A stretch of DNA of 64,000 nt from Eledone cirrhosa (Eukaryota). The notes under the pieces were generated by a model, which did no database searches, was not told the DNA's origin, and worked only from the letters and a program-made list of their open reading frames with translations. The stretch is taken from positions 129,890,001 through 129,954,000 of the forward strand of contig OZ024741.1 in the NCBI GenBank assembly GCA_964016885.1, given 5' to 3'. Position numbers and translations under genes: made by a program. Below, one piece after another: positions 39,889 to 54,049 of the stretch. The number at the start of each line of letters is the position of its first letter. Position 1 is the first letter of the stretch.

Positions 39889-40359
39889 GAGGCAGTCTGC
39901 TAATTTGCAAATCAGGCCGATCGGCGACTGTTGTATATTTCAGAAAATATCATTTTCACTAGCTCTGACATTTGGCAGGTAAGCACTATACGGTACTGAT
40001 GAAGAGTAATCACCCAGAAACATTAATATCAGCCGTTCTGTTTATATGCCAATACAAGAGCAAGAACGGCGGAGTCATTCTACTGACATGGCTTAAAGAA
40101 GCTGTTTGCATAATTGAAAACGAATCGAATATTATTATTAATATTCGAATAACTCAGATTACAATTATTGCATTCAGCCATGTAGAGCGATAAAACTATT
40201 TGTTATATATATATATATACTCTTTTACCTGTTCCAGCTATCCGGCTAAGACCATCTGGGGCACCGCCCTTGTTGCTACATATTCAATCTCTAGCCGTTC
40301 TGTTTGTATGTCAAGACAAGAGCAAGAATGATGGAGTCATTCTAATCATATGGCTATAT

Positions 40360-40525
40360 ATGAATTTGTTTTGCAAGGTTTTTGATATGAAATCATGTGT
40401 TGAAACAAATATTGTTATATTTAGGGAGGGTCATATTTTTATAATATTGCCAGAAATAATAAAAAGTGAGTCTGTTTTATTATTATTTCTGGAAATATTT
40501 TAACAATATGACCCTCCCCAAATAC
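40360..40525. mobile_element. Miniature inverted terminus of the 45.4/50.3/56-kb PLE family
   Basis: Shares the extension gaatttgttttgcaagg…gtgttgaaac and gggagggtcat, followed by its inverse atgaccctccc. A SINE interrupts the right arm. Confidence 0.7.
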
Positions 40526-40745
40526 AATGGTTTCTTATATAGGCACAAGGCCAGCAATTTTAGGGGAGGGAATGTCGATTAAATCGACCCCATTGCGTGA
40601 CTGCTACTTTATTTTATAGATCCCGTAAGGATGAAAGGCAAAGTTAACATCGGCGGGATTTGAATTCAGATCATAAAAGGCCGTAACTCTATGCTACAAA
40701 GTATGGCGTCCGACCCTCTACCGATACTGCCAATCCATCGCTCTA
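40526..40745 (-). mobile_element. tRNA-derived SINE (Meta-domain-like family)
   Basis: Reverse complement of the 32828-33014 family. Confidence 0.85.
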
Positions 40746-41513
40746 CCCTCCCAACATATAATAATATATATATATATACTATATTAGTTACTAATTCTAA
40801 TTTTAGGTATTTGTACTTAAAATTAGAATTAGTTATAAGTGAATAGAATCTAGTATAAAATTAAATAGAACATAGAGGAAAAGTTCATACATACCTCCCT
40901 AGGAATAATGCGAACAATCTGGTAACTTGATACCCTAGCCAGTTCACAAGCAGCAACGCCAATTGGAATATCTATCTCCCACAGATATAAGAGCTGCTAC
41001 GTGAGAATTTCCGACAAATGCTTACTGGTCAGCGAATGGAATAACACGTATGACCGGTAACATATCAATGGATATTTATATCTTGTTTGGATTTTTGTCT
41101 GAAGAGAACACGTATGGTAGCTGTTATACAACTGCCATACGTCTTTGAAATACGTATAACAAAATAAATAGGGATGTACAAATGAAACCGTCTTTCTTGT
41201 TTATTATTATAATAAAACTCCGGATGAAAACAAATTGTGGAGTTCTTTACTTCTGTTAACAAAATGTCGGCATATTTTCAATCAACCAACTTTCTTCAAT
41301 TTAATATATCGACCGGCAAAGGTGGAGGATGGTGGATGGCGGTCGTCCTCCGGTCATTGATTTTCAGCCCCATGGATTTTATCAATTACATTCATTTATT
41401 ATATTTCGAATACCTGATGATATCACCGATTTCATACGGAACCCAGTTATTGAAATAATCATAGTATAATAAACCTTTCAAGGATTTACACAAGTCCAGC
41501 CTCCTGTCATTTC

Positions 41514-41627
<114 letters not shown>

Positions 41628-41954
41628 CAAATGAAAAACGGAGTTAAAAACTCGCGTTAATACTCTGCAATTAATGAGCTCAAAGTATAACTTTTCTTTA
41701 GAGCTACAGGTATGTATTGCAGTCTCCATTTCATGCCGCAGGAACTGGCGATGGGCCTGCGACCAGTCCTGGGAGGTGTGGAATGGATACACAAAGATTG
41801 CGTATCCCGCGACCCCAAAGAGGGTTCGGAAGGGAGAAAACGTTGACAATTGGAACCTTGAACATCACAATACTTACAGGTGAAGAATTTCTTATAGTTT
41901 GAGCTCACTAATTACAAGGTATTAACGCGAGTTTTGAACTCCATTTTTCATTTG
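41628..41954. mobile_element. ~63-bp inverted arms enclosing an RTE 5' fragment
   Basis: Arms at 41628-41690 and 41892-41954. The spacer (~41692-41885) matches ~43462-43655. Confidence 0.75.
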
Positions 41955-43045
41955 AATTCGGTTCCTAGCGATTTCTCTCGTTGTTTGTTGACCCTTTGAA
42001 GTTGAGTGGCTTCAGGCTGCCCTCTATAGCCGTTTTACGATCCACTTATATACATTATTCTATGTTTATATTATATTATGTATAAATATATATATATATA
42101 TATATATGTGTGTGTATATATATGTGCAAGAAATTGGTCTCAACGCTCCACATAACGCTTTTTGCCACATAACGTTCATTACCACGAACCAAAGTATCGT
42201 CTTCCTCTTTTCCTTCGGTTGTAACGATTTTCGAAATATTTACTTCTCCGTCCAAGAGTACTCAAACTATGCGGTCAAAATATCAACTGGTTGTGTGAGT
42301 AGCTTATTCCTGGAAGGAAGGTTGGCTGATAAGAGAAGCAGAGGCCGGCAGCCAAAATAATGGCTTGATAATGTCAACTTATGGACTGGACTAGTTCTTT
42401 GCTTTTTAAACTCAGCTGCTGGTGATCGAATTTTACGGAGAAAAATATCTCATGTTGATGCGCAGTCTGCAACTGGCAGAGTTTAGCGTCATAGTAAAAA
42501 AAAAGAAGTAAAAAAGTATATATATATTCGAGCAAGAATAACCATTTGATTTGCACCTTGAATGTTTCCCTTCCGAGCCTCAAGTCCGAGCAAGGTGGTT
42601 TTCTGGAAGAACAACAGTTGCTCATGCATCCCTCTCTATACTACCAATTTTGTCCAAAGGAAAAGCAAAAGCCACTACAGTGTCATAGCAAATCATTTTT
42701 GACGTGGAGCAACATAAAATAAAGTGACTAACTCAAGGACACAACGCATTCCCCGGTCTTGGAGTCGAATTCACAACCTCACACTTATGAATGTGACATT
42801 CTAACCGCTAATCCACGTGGTATCACATATATGTATATACATACATATATACAGAGAGGTTATGTGGTGCTGATAGCGGGGAGACCACTAATTATGGGAG
42901 TAATCAAAGCATGGGGAGATGAAGAATAGGTATAGATATATGTAAAATACCGACAGTGGAGCTATGTGATTTCAGCTTGACACAAGCCGAACCGCTCGGC
43001 TGTACGGTCTGGATATTACATATCGACATACATATACATATGCTT

Positions 43046-43227
<182 letters not shown>

Positions 43228-43248
43228 TTGTGTGTTTGTCGAACAAGC

Positions 43249-44750
43249 CCCTCTACCTAAGGCTCAAACGCATCCCTAGCTAACCTGCGCGAAGGACGAT
43301 GCGGTATGGTTCTTTTTTGTACCTCACCTCATATTGCAGTTTTGGTGATGTTTATTCGTGCCAGTCGCAAATCTGGTACTATTCTAGACGCGCGCAGTCT
43401 AGGCGTTTTTAGAAGCAGCCTTTACTCGCCTCGTCATAGCTATATCACAGGGTTGTAAGAGTTTTCTTTGGAGCTACCGATGTGTATTGCAGTCTCCATT
43501 TCATGCCACAGGAACTGGTGATGTGCCTGCGACCAGTCCTGGGAGGCATGGGATGGGTGCACAAAGATTGCGTATCCCGTGACCCCAAAGAGGGTTCGGT
43601 AGGGAGAAAACATTGATAATTGGAACCTGGAACATCACAGTATTTACAGGTAAGGGTCAGGAACTAGTCGAGGAGGCTACTGGCTAGATATCTTCGGAGT
43701 TTACTCAACAAAGTTCCGTGGCTCTGACACTGTAGTTTTGGATAGAGGATGGAAAATCCATTATCCAGGTGTGTCGCCAGAAATGATTGTACAGGCGGGA
43801 GTGGGGGTACTCACAAGCCCCCGGTTATCAGAATGTGTTATGGACTGGATACCATTAGGAAGGAGGGCTTACCTCTTGAAGCTTAAGCTGAAAGATAGTT
43901 CTCTGTAGGTAGTATAAGTTTACGCACCAAATATGGAGTCTGAATACAGATCCTTCCTTAACGAAGTCACTTCAGCGTTAGATGTAATTAAGACTGAGTC
44001 ATATATCCTGATGGGAGACTTCAATGCACATGTTGGCAATGAACAGCTGACCTGGAAAGGAGTGATTGGAAGGAACGGCGACTCTGATTTAAATACGAAT
44101 GGAGAGATCTTATTGGACTTCTGTTCTAGCAATGGACTCTCTATTATGAACACATTCTGCCAGCACGAAGACATTCATAAATACACATGGTATAAGGGGA
44201 ATCAGGGACAGAAATCAATAATTGATTTTGTTATTGTGTTTGATCTCTTCGATTCTGTGCTGGATGTTCTTGTTAAGAGAGGAGCTGAACTGTCAAATGA
44301 TCACTATCTAGTTATCATCAACTTAAGACTCCTCAAAGTCAAAGAATGCCACCAAATGTGCATGTCCAAGGTGACCTACAGGATAAATTAGGAAGCGATG
44401 GGGGATAAGGAAGTCAATACCAGGTATGCAGATAATATTGCATCCAAATTAAGAGAGTTTCATGAGCAAATTCAGTGTACACGAGGTGCATCTGGGAGCG
44501 GTGACTAATCTCTCTGAGGCTGAGGTCACAAGAGTAGTTAAAGAGCTCAAATGTGTTAAGGCCGAAGGGGAAGGTGAAAAGGTATTCTCTAGCTGACAAT
44601 TGGGTGCCGGGTGTCCTGGATCTCTGGAAAGGACCCAAAGCAATGACACTCGGGAGTGATAAACCCAATTTTGAAAAAGGGAGGCAAGAGCGATCGTTCT
44701 AATCATGGTGGGATCTCCTTGTTAAGTCTTCCCGGTAAATTCTATGCTAA
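43249..44750 (+). mobile_element. Degenerate, internally deleted RTE-clade LINE (5'UTR, APE endonuclease, start of RT)
   Basis: IGTWNI, YAPN, ILMGDFNAHVG, SIIDFV, SNDHYLV, then [26 protein letters not shown]. Ends at (TA)n. Confidence 0.88.
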
Positions 44751-44751
44751 G

Positions 44752-45376
<625 letters not shown>

Positions 45377-45392
45377 ATATATATATATATAT

Positions 45393-46620
45393 AGTTTTGC
45401 GAGGTTTTTTATATGAAATCGTGTGTCGAAACAAATATTGTTATACTTGGGGAGGGTCATATTTGTGTAATATTGCCAGAATTAATAACAGAACACACTC
45501 ACTGTTTGGTTGGTTTTCGCTTCTCACTTCTGTGTCTTTTATATCGGTAATCTAACTTACTCGGTCCTCAATGTTGCCATTGACTGACCGACGGTCAAAA
45601 ATAATACAGATACAATATAGACACAAACACATATATATAGTTTATCATAAATCTTTCGTTGCACATCTGCAACATCGTCAGTGGTGTTATCGTTTCCTCC
45701 TGTTGTATTATATGTCTACGCCATTTTTATTCAGTCTGTCTATATATTTATTTATTTATTTGCTTGTTTGTTTATTTTATTTTGTCTTCTTTGCGCATGC
45801 GTTTGCGTGTGTGTATAGTGTTTTGTTTGCTGTGTGACGGGTGACTAGTGTGTGTTTATGTGCTTGTTGTTATTGTGTTTGTGTATGTATTTATTTATTT
45901 ATTTATTTATTTATTTTATTTTATTTACTTATTTATACTTCTCTTAGGTCAGTGTTGTTTGTTTGGGTGATGTTGTTATTCCATTCATTCTTTCTGTTTA
46001 ATCTTGGCCTTCTAATTTCTATTTCACTGGCCTCTCTGATTTGCCTATCTGCTGGGTCATTTCTATGTTTAGATATTATTCTAATTTCTATGTTGTCTAT
46101 GTTACCGTCATGTTGTTGTCTAGCATGTTCGTATAGTACCGACCCGTTTTTTCGTCCTTTTAGTTCCCCCCAGTGTTGGTCTATCCTTTCACCTATGCTA
46201 CGAGCTGTCTCACCTATGTATGTTGTTGTCATGTTTCTGCAAGTACCCACTGTACATCTTATGCTATAGACTACGTTTCTAGTTTTACAGTTTATCCGGG
46301 GGTTTAGCTTACATATGATACACTTCCTATTGATACAGTGGGTTTTCTTAAAAGGGTAGGTTTTGCTGATCAGGGATTTTATGGTGGTTCCTGGCTTTTC
46401 TACCACCTTAATTTTTAAGTGGGTCTTTCTCAGGGCCTTTCTACACTGGTTAGCTAATTTCCCTCCGGGGGTAGCGTCCACAAACATGACACTCTGGTAT
46501 CTCTGGTTGTCGTACCATGAGGTGGCTTTCCCTATCTTATGTCTAGCCCTATCTAAGCTATTCCATGATTTGCTCCTGTATAATGGGCAAATTCCTTTCA
46601 TGTCCAGTTCTATGAGGGTC
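45393..46620 (-). mobile_element. 5'-truncated Penelope-like element (GIY-YIG domain and 3' terminus), sister family of the 56-60 kb element
   Basis: ORF 45933-46601: CINRKCIIC…CKTRNVVYSIRC…YIGETARSIGERIDQH…RQIREA…LNRKNEW. Terminal gggagggtcat and extension are shared with the other copies. Confidence 0.92.
45644..45685 (-). ncRNA. Minimal type I hammerhead ribozyme motif
   Basis: CTGACGA-T-GTTGCA-GATG-TGCAAC-GAAA-GATT-TA; stem I has one mismatch. Confidence 0.65.
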
Positions 46621-47094
46621 TTATATATATATATATAGCTGCGATTGTCTCTTCTTTCTTACTGCTTCCCCTCTCTCTGTATCTCTCACCTTCTTTTTAC
46701 CCCCTCTGCCTGTCACACTCTCTCTTAGCTGGCCTCTTCCTCACACTTCCACTCACTCACTCTCTGCTTCTCCCCTCTCCCACTTCCTCCCGTTTGACCT
46801 GTGTGAAATCCTTTTCTCGCTCACATCTCACCCAGATCGGATGGTCTGTATCTCTCGTGCATGATTTCACCAAGCTTAAGCTTATAGATATTATGTACTT
46901 GTCTCTTCCTATCTTTCCTTTGCAATACCATCTTTGTTTGTTTACATGTCTCGCTCGCTTCACCCTATTTTACTTGTCCCAATAACTTTGTTTAGTTATT
47001 GCTCGCACCAACCAGAGGTGTATGATTTAAGCGATGAAATAGCAATGAAGGTTGGAAGATCACTGATGAAGGACTAATTTTATTCATATGTAAC

Positions 47095-47159
<65 letters not shown>

Positions 47160-47463
47160 CATATATATTTATATATATATCGTAGGGTTGTATATGAAAG
47201 CTTTTATACAATCACAGCTTTCACAGCTTTCACAGCTTAAAAAGAACTCAAAGCGAAACTCTCTTATGTTTATTATAAATAAATATATCGTAAATGCATC
47301 TCTATAATGAGCCACGCTATGCTAGTTCCACTTCTAATATATGTATTTTCCAAACACACCCATAAACACACAGAGACACAAACACACACACACACCCAGA
47401 CACACACACACACACACACCCACACACACACCCAGACACACACACACACAGACACACACACAG

Positions 47464-47500
<37 letters not shown>

Positions 47501-47685
47501 CATATATTGTATATGGGGGAGGGGGGTGTAGAACGTATCTGTAGGTGTGAAAAAGGAAAAAAGGAAGAGAGCTGATATATTATATCTATTTATGTTCATA
47601 CACGGAACAAAAGCGCTACCTAAGGTTTCAAGGCTCAATATTAACCATATTTCCAGATTGTAAGAGGGGTCAACATTTTGACCTA

Positions 47686-47823
47686 AGGTTCAGGTATTTG
47701 TATATATATATAGTAATAATAATAAATGTGAAGACTAAAATCCAAAGAGGGTTCGATAAGGATAAATATATATCAAATATATAAATATATATATATGGAT
47801 TTTAGGCTTCACATTTATTATGT

Positions 47824-47860
<37 letters not shown>

Positions 47861-47869
47861 AATGCTTGA

Positions 47870-47945
<76 letters not shown>

Positions 47946-48160
47946 TAACAGATTAAAGTTTAAGCACAGAATCGCTGCTTTCGCCCTTAACGGTATCTTT
48001 GAAACTCCCGTTAAGGGTGAAAGCAGCAATTCTTTGCTTAAAGTTTAATCTGTTATTTTAATAAATATTTGCTCTACGGTTTTTATATATGTTTATATAT
48101 ATATATATTATCCTTATAGAGCCTCTTCGGATTTTAGTCTTCCCATTTATTATTATTACT
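47686..48160. repeat. Cluster of short inverted repeats around (TA)n
   Basis: 47686-47745 is inverted to 47795-47874. ~55-bp arms at 47940-47994 and 48009-48062 (also present at 38166-38220). 48108-48161 is inverted to 47711-47765. Confidence 0.7.
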
Positions 48161-48162
48161 AT

Positions 48163-48343
48163 GGTGGATTGGCAGTATCGGTAGAGGGTCGGACGCCATG
48201 CTTTCCAGCATAGTTACGTCCCTTTACGATCTGAGTTCAAATCCCGCCGAGGTTGACTTTGCCTTTCATCCTTACGAGGGTCGATAAAATAAAGTACCAG
48301 TAATGCACTGGGTAATTGCTGCCTTGTGCCTAAAATAGAAACA
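48163..48343 (+). mobile_element. tRNA-derived SINE (Meta-domain-like family)
   Basis: A and B boxes; apparent TSD attattactat at 48152-48162 and 48344-48354. Confidence 0.88.
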
Positions 48344-48391
48344 ATTATTACTATATATCTATATACATATCTATCTATCTATATATATATT

Positions 48392-48993
48392 TTTGAGTAT
48401 ATGTTGGTTGTATACCAACACCTCAGTATGCAGATTGGAGCACTCGACGAAGTGCGCAGGTTGGTTTGGTTACTCCGGAGTAATGTAAGATAAAATAAAA
48501 TAAATAAGTCAAATGTTTAATATTTGCCTTCGTTTATTACTGCGATATACATTTCGGTGACAGCCATTTTTGGCTGTGACCTCTTCAGGCAGTTCGAATT
48601 AGTGTGGTAGAGACGAGTACACATGTTGTTGAGGTGTATAACTTTTTCAATACTCTGATATGCCCAGTTACTGGTTGGGTTGTTATTTCACAGTTCCTCA
48701 GTGAAATAACAACCCAACCAGGAACTGGGCATATCAGAGTTTTGACAAAGTTATACACCTCAACAACATGTGTACTCGTCTCTACTGTGAAATAACAACC
48801 CAACCAGGAACTGGCCATATCAGAGTATTGACAAAGTTATACACCTCAACAACATGTGTACTCGTCTCTACCACACTAATTCGGACTGCCTGAAGAGGTC
48901 ACAGCCAAAGATGGCTGTCACCGAAATATATATAGCAATAATAAACAAAGCCAAATATTAAACATTTGACTTATTTATTTTATTTTATCTTAT
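48392..48993. mobile_element. Foldback PLE termini with two hammerheads and an internal 87-bp tandem duplication
   Basis: 48486-48690 is inverted to 48787-48993, and 48701-48786 duplicates the start of the right arm. One-sided extension at 48392-48485. Confidence 0.8.
48539..48593 (-). ncRNA. Minimal type I hammerhead ribozyme motif (mirror copy at 48885-48939, + strand)
   Basis: ACTGC-CTGAAGA-GGTCACAGCCA-AAAA-TGGCTGTCACC-GAAA-TGTATA-TC-GCAGT; stem I ACTGC/GCAGT pairs fully. Confidence 0.75.
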
Positions 48994-49010
48994 CTATCTA
49001 TCTATCTATC

Positions 49011-50257
49011 TGCCTTGTCCAGCCAAAACGCTCGCCAAAATGGAGCGCGCGCTCTTCCAATTCCTTTGGAAGAGGCGGGCTCCTTTGGTGAGAAGATCCA
49101 TCTGCTGCCAACGCCCTTCCAACGGAGGGCTGGTGGTGCCGTGGCTGACGATGCGCAAACACGCGCTCAGGCTGCGGCATCTCTACGTATTCCTCACTGG
49201 ACAACCGGTGTGGGCCCCGTTCGTGAGGCAAGCCTTCCCACGACTCGTCTCGCTGACCGAGCTGCAGTCCTGGGTCAAGCAAAGACTGAGGAAAATGGGC
49301 GACTGGCAGATCGAATGTGCTCAGGCGCTCACAGCCCTCTGCCAGCGGACCCGGCGATCAGTGGAGACTCCACTTCGTCATTCTATAGAGCGTTGATCCG
49401 CAGCAAGTGCGACGACGCGCTCGGTGAAACTCTAGGCGTAGAGGAAGATGAACTGGCCAGTCTGTTCGGTAGGACCTTCCGCCCGGGACCGATGGACAAC
49501 TTCCAAAAGTCCCTGGCCTGGCAGTGCTACCGATGAGCTCTACCAGTTCGAGACAAGCTCTACAGACATGGGCGCCCGGGCAGGGACCCTGCAAAAAAGA
49601 TCTGTCCGAGGTGCGTGCGACACGAAGAAACCGTCGCGCACGCATTCATACACTGCCCGGGCGTCACTGACCTGTGGGGCTATGTAGAACGACTATTGTC
49701 GCGGGTGGGACCAATCCGGTTGACCACCGAGTCCATTGTCATGATCAAACCGCCATCGCCCTTCATAACAAAGGAGAGGCGGTTTTCCTTTGTGTGATAG
49801 TTATGGCGAAAGAGGTTGTATGGTGGACAAGGTTGAAAGCGCTGAGGTCAGACACCTTTCTCTTCGGCCAACAACTGATTCTTTTTTTCAAATACCACTT
49901 TGGAAGAAGAATCAGGGTGGAGAGAGAGGTGCTGTACCCCAGCAAGTTTTATGAAAGGTGGGTGAAAGTGGCGAGAATGGCCCGAGTGAATGGACCTTCT
50001 CTCTATATCAGCCTGTAGGCTGAGGAAAAAGAGGAAGAGAGGAAAGGGGTACAAACACTTCGTACTCCTGGAGATGAGGGTTGCACATTTTTTCGGGGGT
50101 ATGTGTTACCCATATGAACTGTCTCCCCCTATTGGGGAAAATCGACTAATTTTTTAAATTGCATTTGTGATAATATTTTACACGTTTTTATTGTATGTAA
50201 ACTTCCCCCTTTGTATTTGTCCCTTTCTTTTGTGCCCCTGTGGCTAATAAAGAAACA
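49011..50257 (+). mobile_element. 5'-truncated Tx1-clade LINE in (TATC)n
   Basis: MERALFQFLWKRRAPLVRRSICCQRPSNGGL… matches the ORF2 C-terminal third, with frameshifts and a stop. Ends ggctaataaagaaaca(TATC)n. Confidence 0.95.
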
Positions 50258-50285
50258 TATCTATCTATCTATCTATTTATCTATC

Positions 50286-50322
<37 letters not shown>

Positions 50323-50324
<2 letters not shown>

Positions 50325-51215
50325 CGTTTCTGAATTTGTTTAGCAAGATTCTTTATCTGAAAACGTGTGTTGAAACCGATATTGATATACTTTGGGAGGG
50401 TCATGTTGCCAATAAGAAACACACGTACCAGTTGCTTTCACTCCAATTTATTACAAATGAAATTTATAAATTTAAGAAATTTGTAAATTTCCGGTTGGTT
50501 GGTTGGTTCCACAACCGGACGGTTGTTCATATATTGTCAAAGTTCTTTCGTCACACATTCTGTGACCTCTTCAGTGACTGGGGATTCTTTTCTTTGTTTT
50601 GTGCCTCTCCTTTGTTCTGTCATACGCCATCTTGTTTTTGTGTGTGCTGTGTGCCTAGTTTGCGCATGTGTTACATCCGGGTGTCTGTGTGTGTTTTTAT
50701 TTGTTTATTTATTTGTTTATTTACATGTTACTAGTTGGTTGTTTATTTCGATGTGAGTGTGTGTTTTCATTTTGTCCTTAATTGTAAGTTGTGATGTTGC
50801 TGTTCCATTCATGTTTTCTATTTAATTTTGGTTTCCATATAATAGAAACACATAGAACAAACAACCAACCAGTAACATGTAAATAAACAAATAAATAAAC
50901 AAATAAAAACACACACAGACATCCGGATGTATCACATGCGCAAACTAAGCACACAACACACACAAAAACAAGATGGCGTAGGACAGAACAAAGGAGAGGC
51001 ACAAAACAAAGAAAAGAATCCCAGTCACTTAAGAGGTCACAGAATATGTGACGAAAGAACTTTGACAATATATGAACAACCTTCCAGTTGTGAAATCAAC
51101 CAACCAACCGGAAATTTACAAATTTCTTAAATTTATAAATTTAATTTATATTAAATTGGAGTGAAAGCAACTGGTGCGTGTGTTTCTTATTGGCAACATG
51201 ACCCTCCCAAAGTAT

Positions 51216-51222
<7 letters not shown>
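50323..51222. mobile_element. Tail-to-tail inverted 3' termini of the 56-60 kb PLE family
   Basis: 50323-50837 is the minus copy (extension, terminus and ORF end KPKLNRKHEWNSNITTYN). ~50845-51222 is the plus copy matching 60340-60723. Confidence 0.92.
50536..50578 (-). ncRNA. Minimal type I hammerhead ribozyme motif (intact core)
   Basis: GTCA-CTGAAGA-G-GTCACA-GAATG-TGTGAC-GAAA-GAAC-TT-TGAC. The copies at ~51024 (CTTAAGA) and 60524-60567 (CT-AAGA) have damaged cores. Confidence 0.75.
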
Positions 51223-52083
<861 letters not shown>

Positions 52084-52278
52084 TTTAGTACAGCATTAAC
52101 GAAGCTTTAGAACACGGCCAATCTAACGAATGCAAATTCGGTCTGTAGCTTTAGCACTCGGATGGGAAAAGTACCCCAGAGTAATAACAATACGTTTAGA
52201 CAGCTTAGCAAATCAAATATAGCAATCGGCAGTCCAGCCGCATCACTAGAGCAACGAAAATACAGGACCCAGGAAAAG

Positions 52279-52348
<70 letters not shown>

Positions 52349-52430
52349 TATTTCTTTATTAGCCACAGGGGCACAAAAGAAGGGGACAAATACAAAGGGG
52401 GAAGTTTACATACAATAAAAACGTGTAAAA
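52349..52430 (-). mobile_element. ~80-bp 3' tail of the Tx1 family in (TATC)n
   Basis: Reverse complement of ~50176-50257; GATA repeats on both sides. Confidence 0.9.
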
Positions 52431-52482
52431 GATAGATAGATAGATAAATATACACGGGTGTGTATGATTGTGTATAGAAGAT

Positions 52483-52865
52483 TATATTAATAAAAGGAAT
52501 TCCAACTTTGTCTGATTTACTCGTTTTATTTACAATTCTTTAAAATTTATAATGGTATTAGAATGAAATAGTATGGTAGAATATTAAATGTTAAGTGTTA
52601 ATTGAACAAGTACTTTCATGCTTTCGCAATCTTCAGGTTCATAATGTGTGGTGACAGTCAAGTTTACAATTTTCAACTGTTGAAAATTGCAAACTTGACT
52701 GTCACCACACATTATGAACCTGAAGATTGCGAAAGCATGAAAGTACTTGTTCAATTAACACTTAACATTTAATATTCTACCATACTATTTCATTCTAATA
52801 CCATTATAAATTTTAAAGAATTGTAAATAAAACGAGTAAATCAGACAAAGTTGGAATTCCTTTTA

Positions 52866-52873
<8 letters not shown>
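52483..52873. repeat. 391-bp near-perfect palindrome (195-bp arms, 1-nt centre at 52678)
   Basis: The arms are exact reverse complements except one mismatch seen (52666/52690). The right end merges into (TA)n. Confidence 0.95.
52715..52753 (+). ncRNA. Minimal type I hammerhead ribozyme (mirror copy at 52603-52641, - strand)
   Basis: TGAAC-CTGAAGA-TTGC-GAAA-GCAT-GAAA-GTAC-TT-GTTCA: 5-bp stem I, GNRA-capped stem II and palindromic GTAC loop III. Confidence 0.8.
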
Positions 52874-52917
<44 letters not shown>

Positions 52918-54049
52918 TTTTCCTGAGTCCTGTATTTATATATATTATTTTCGGTAATTTTTCGTTGTCTCGGTCTTGTCCGGCCCACTGTTTTGGAATT
53001 CATATTCAAAAGCCTTACTCATGCGTGCTTTTTTAAGACATAAATATGTGGAATTGTCCTAGGTAAATTACTACGACACAAATGCAGGACTGAAGGATGT
53101 TGAGCTAGGTACGGACTAACGTATTATGGCTCAACAAAAGGATTTAGTTTATGTGGATCCTAGCATATGTTTCTATAAAAAAGAAATATATATTTCCATT
53201 ATCACCTAGTTATCTTGTTCGAATCCTAGATCACAGGCAGATACATATTTCTCTTGCTAGTCTGTTACTTTATAACACATTAAATGAGCACTGGCTATAG
53301 TTTTAAGTCTTCTGAAACATTATTACCAAGTAAACAGTTTGATCTGACCTTGAACCAAGAAGCATTTTTTCTGTTCTCTATAGATGACATACTTTTCATA
53401 TATTAGTTGGGGAGGATAGTTCTCACACCAGGTGATGCCCCTAAAAACCTGGAGAAATCTCTTGGCAACTTGGGTGTCTGTAATTCCATCTTCAGTAGAC
53501 ATAAGGTTGTGCTGATTATGACGTCATTTCAATACTGTACACCAGTCACTGCTTACTGTGAGTGCTTCTGAATTGTTTTGTGAGTGCATGAAAAGGTTTT
53601 GTATTATGAGTTGATACAGTAGCATTGCATATATAATAAACGTCATTAAGAAAGTCCCTACCCTACAAGTTGAAAATATAAGAATAAAGACAATTGCAAA
53701 ACCAAACGTAAACAAGAATTCATTGTATTTAATTTTCATATTTCAATATTACGAGTTTAAACACCCTTTGTCTTGAGTAAAATGTGGATTGAGTTTGATC
53801 CGTTCTGTACAGACTTGAAATAACAAAGCACTTAATTTTAACTTGCTAATTTTTATAGAGTGAGGAATATAGACATATGCAGAGTAAAAGAGGCAGTAGC
53901 GAATCTGTTCGTTGCCTTTATATTTCATTTCGTGATATGGTCGTAAATGAAACTACTTAGGTTCGGCTACGATGATATGATGGTACTACGATTTATAGCT
54001 GAACTACGATGTATGATGTCACTACGTTCGTGGAGGTGGATAGAGCCGG

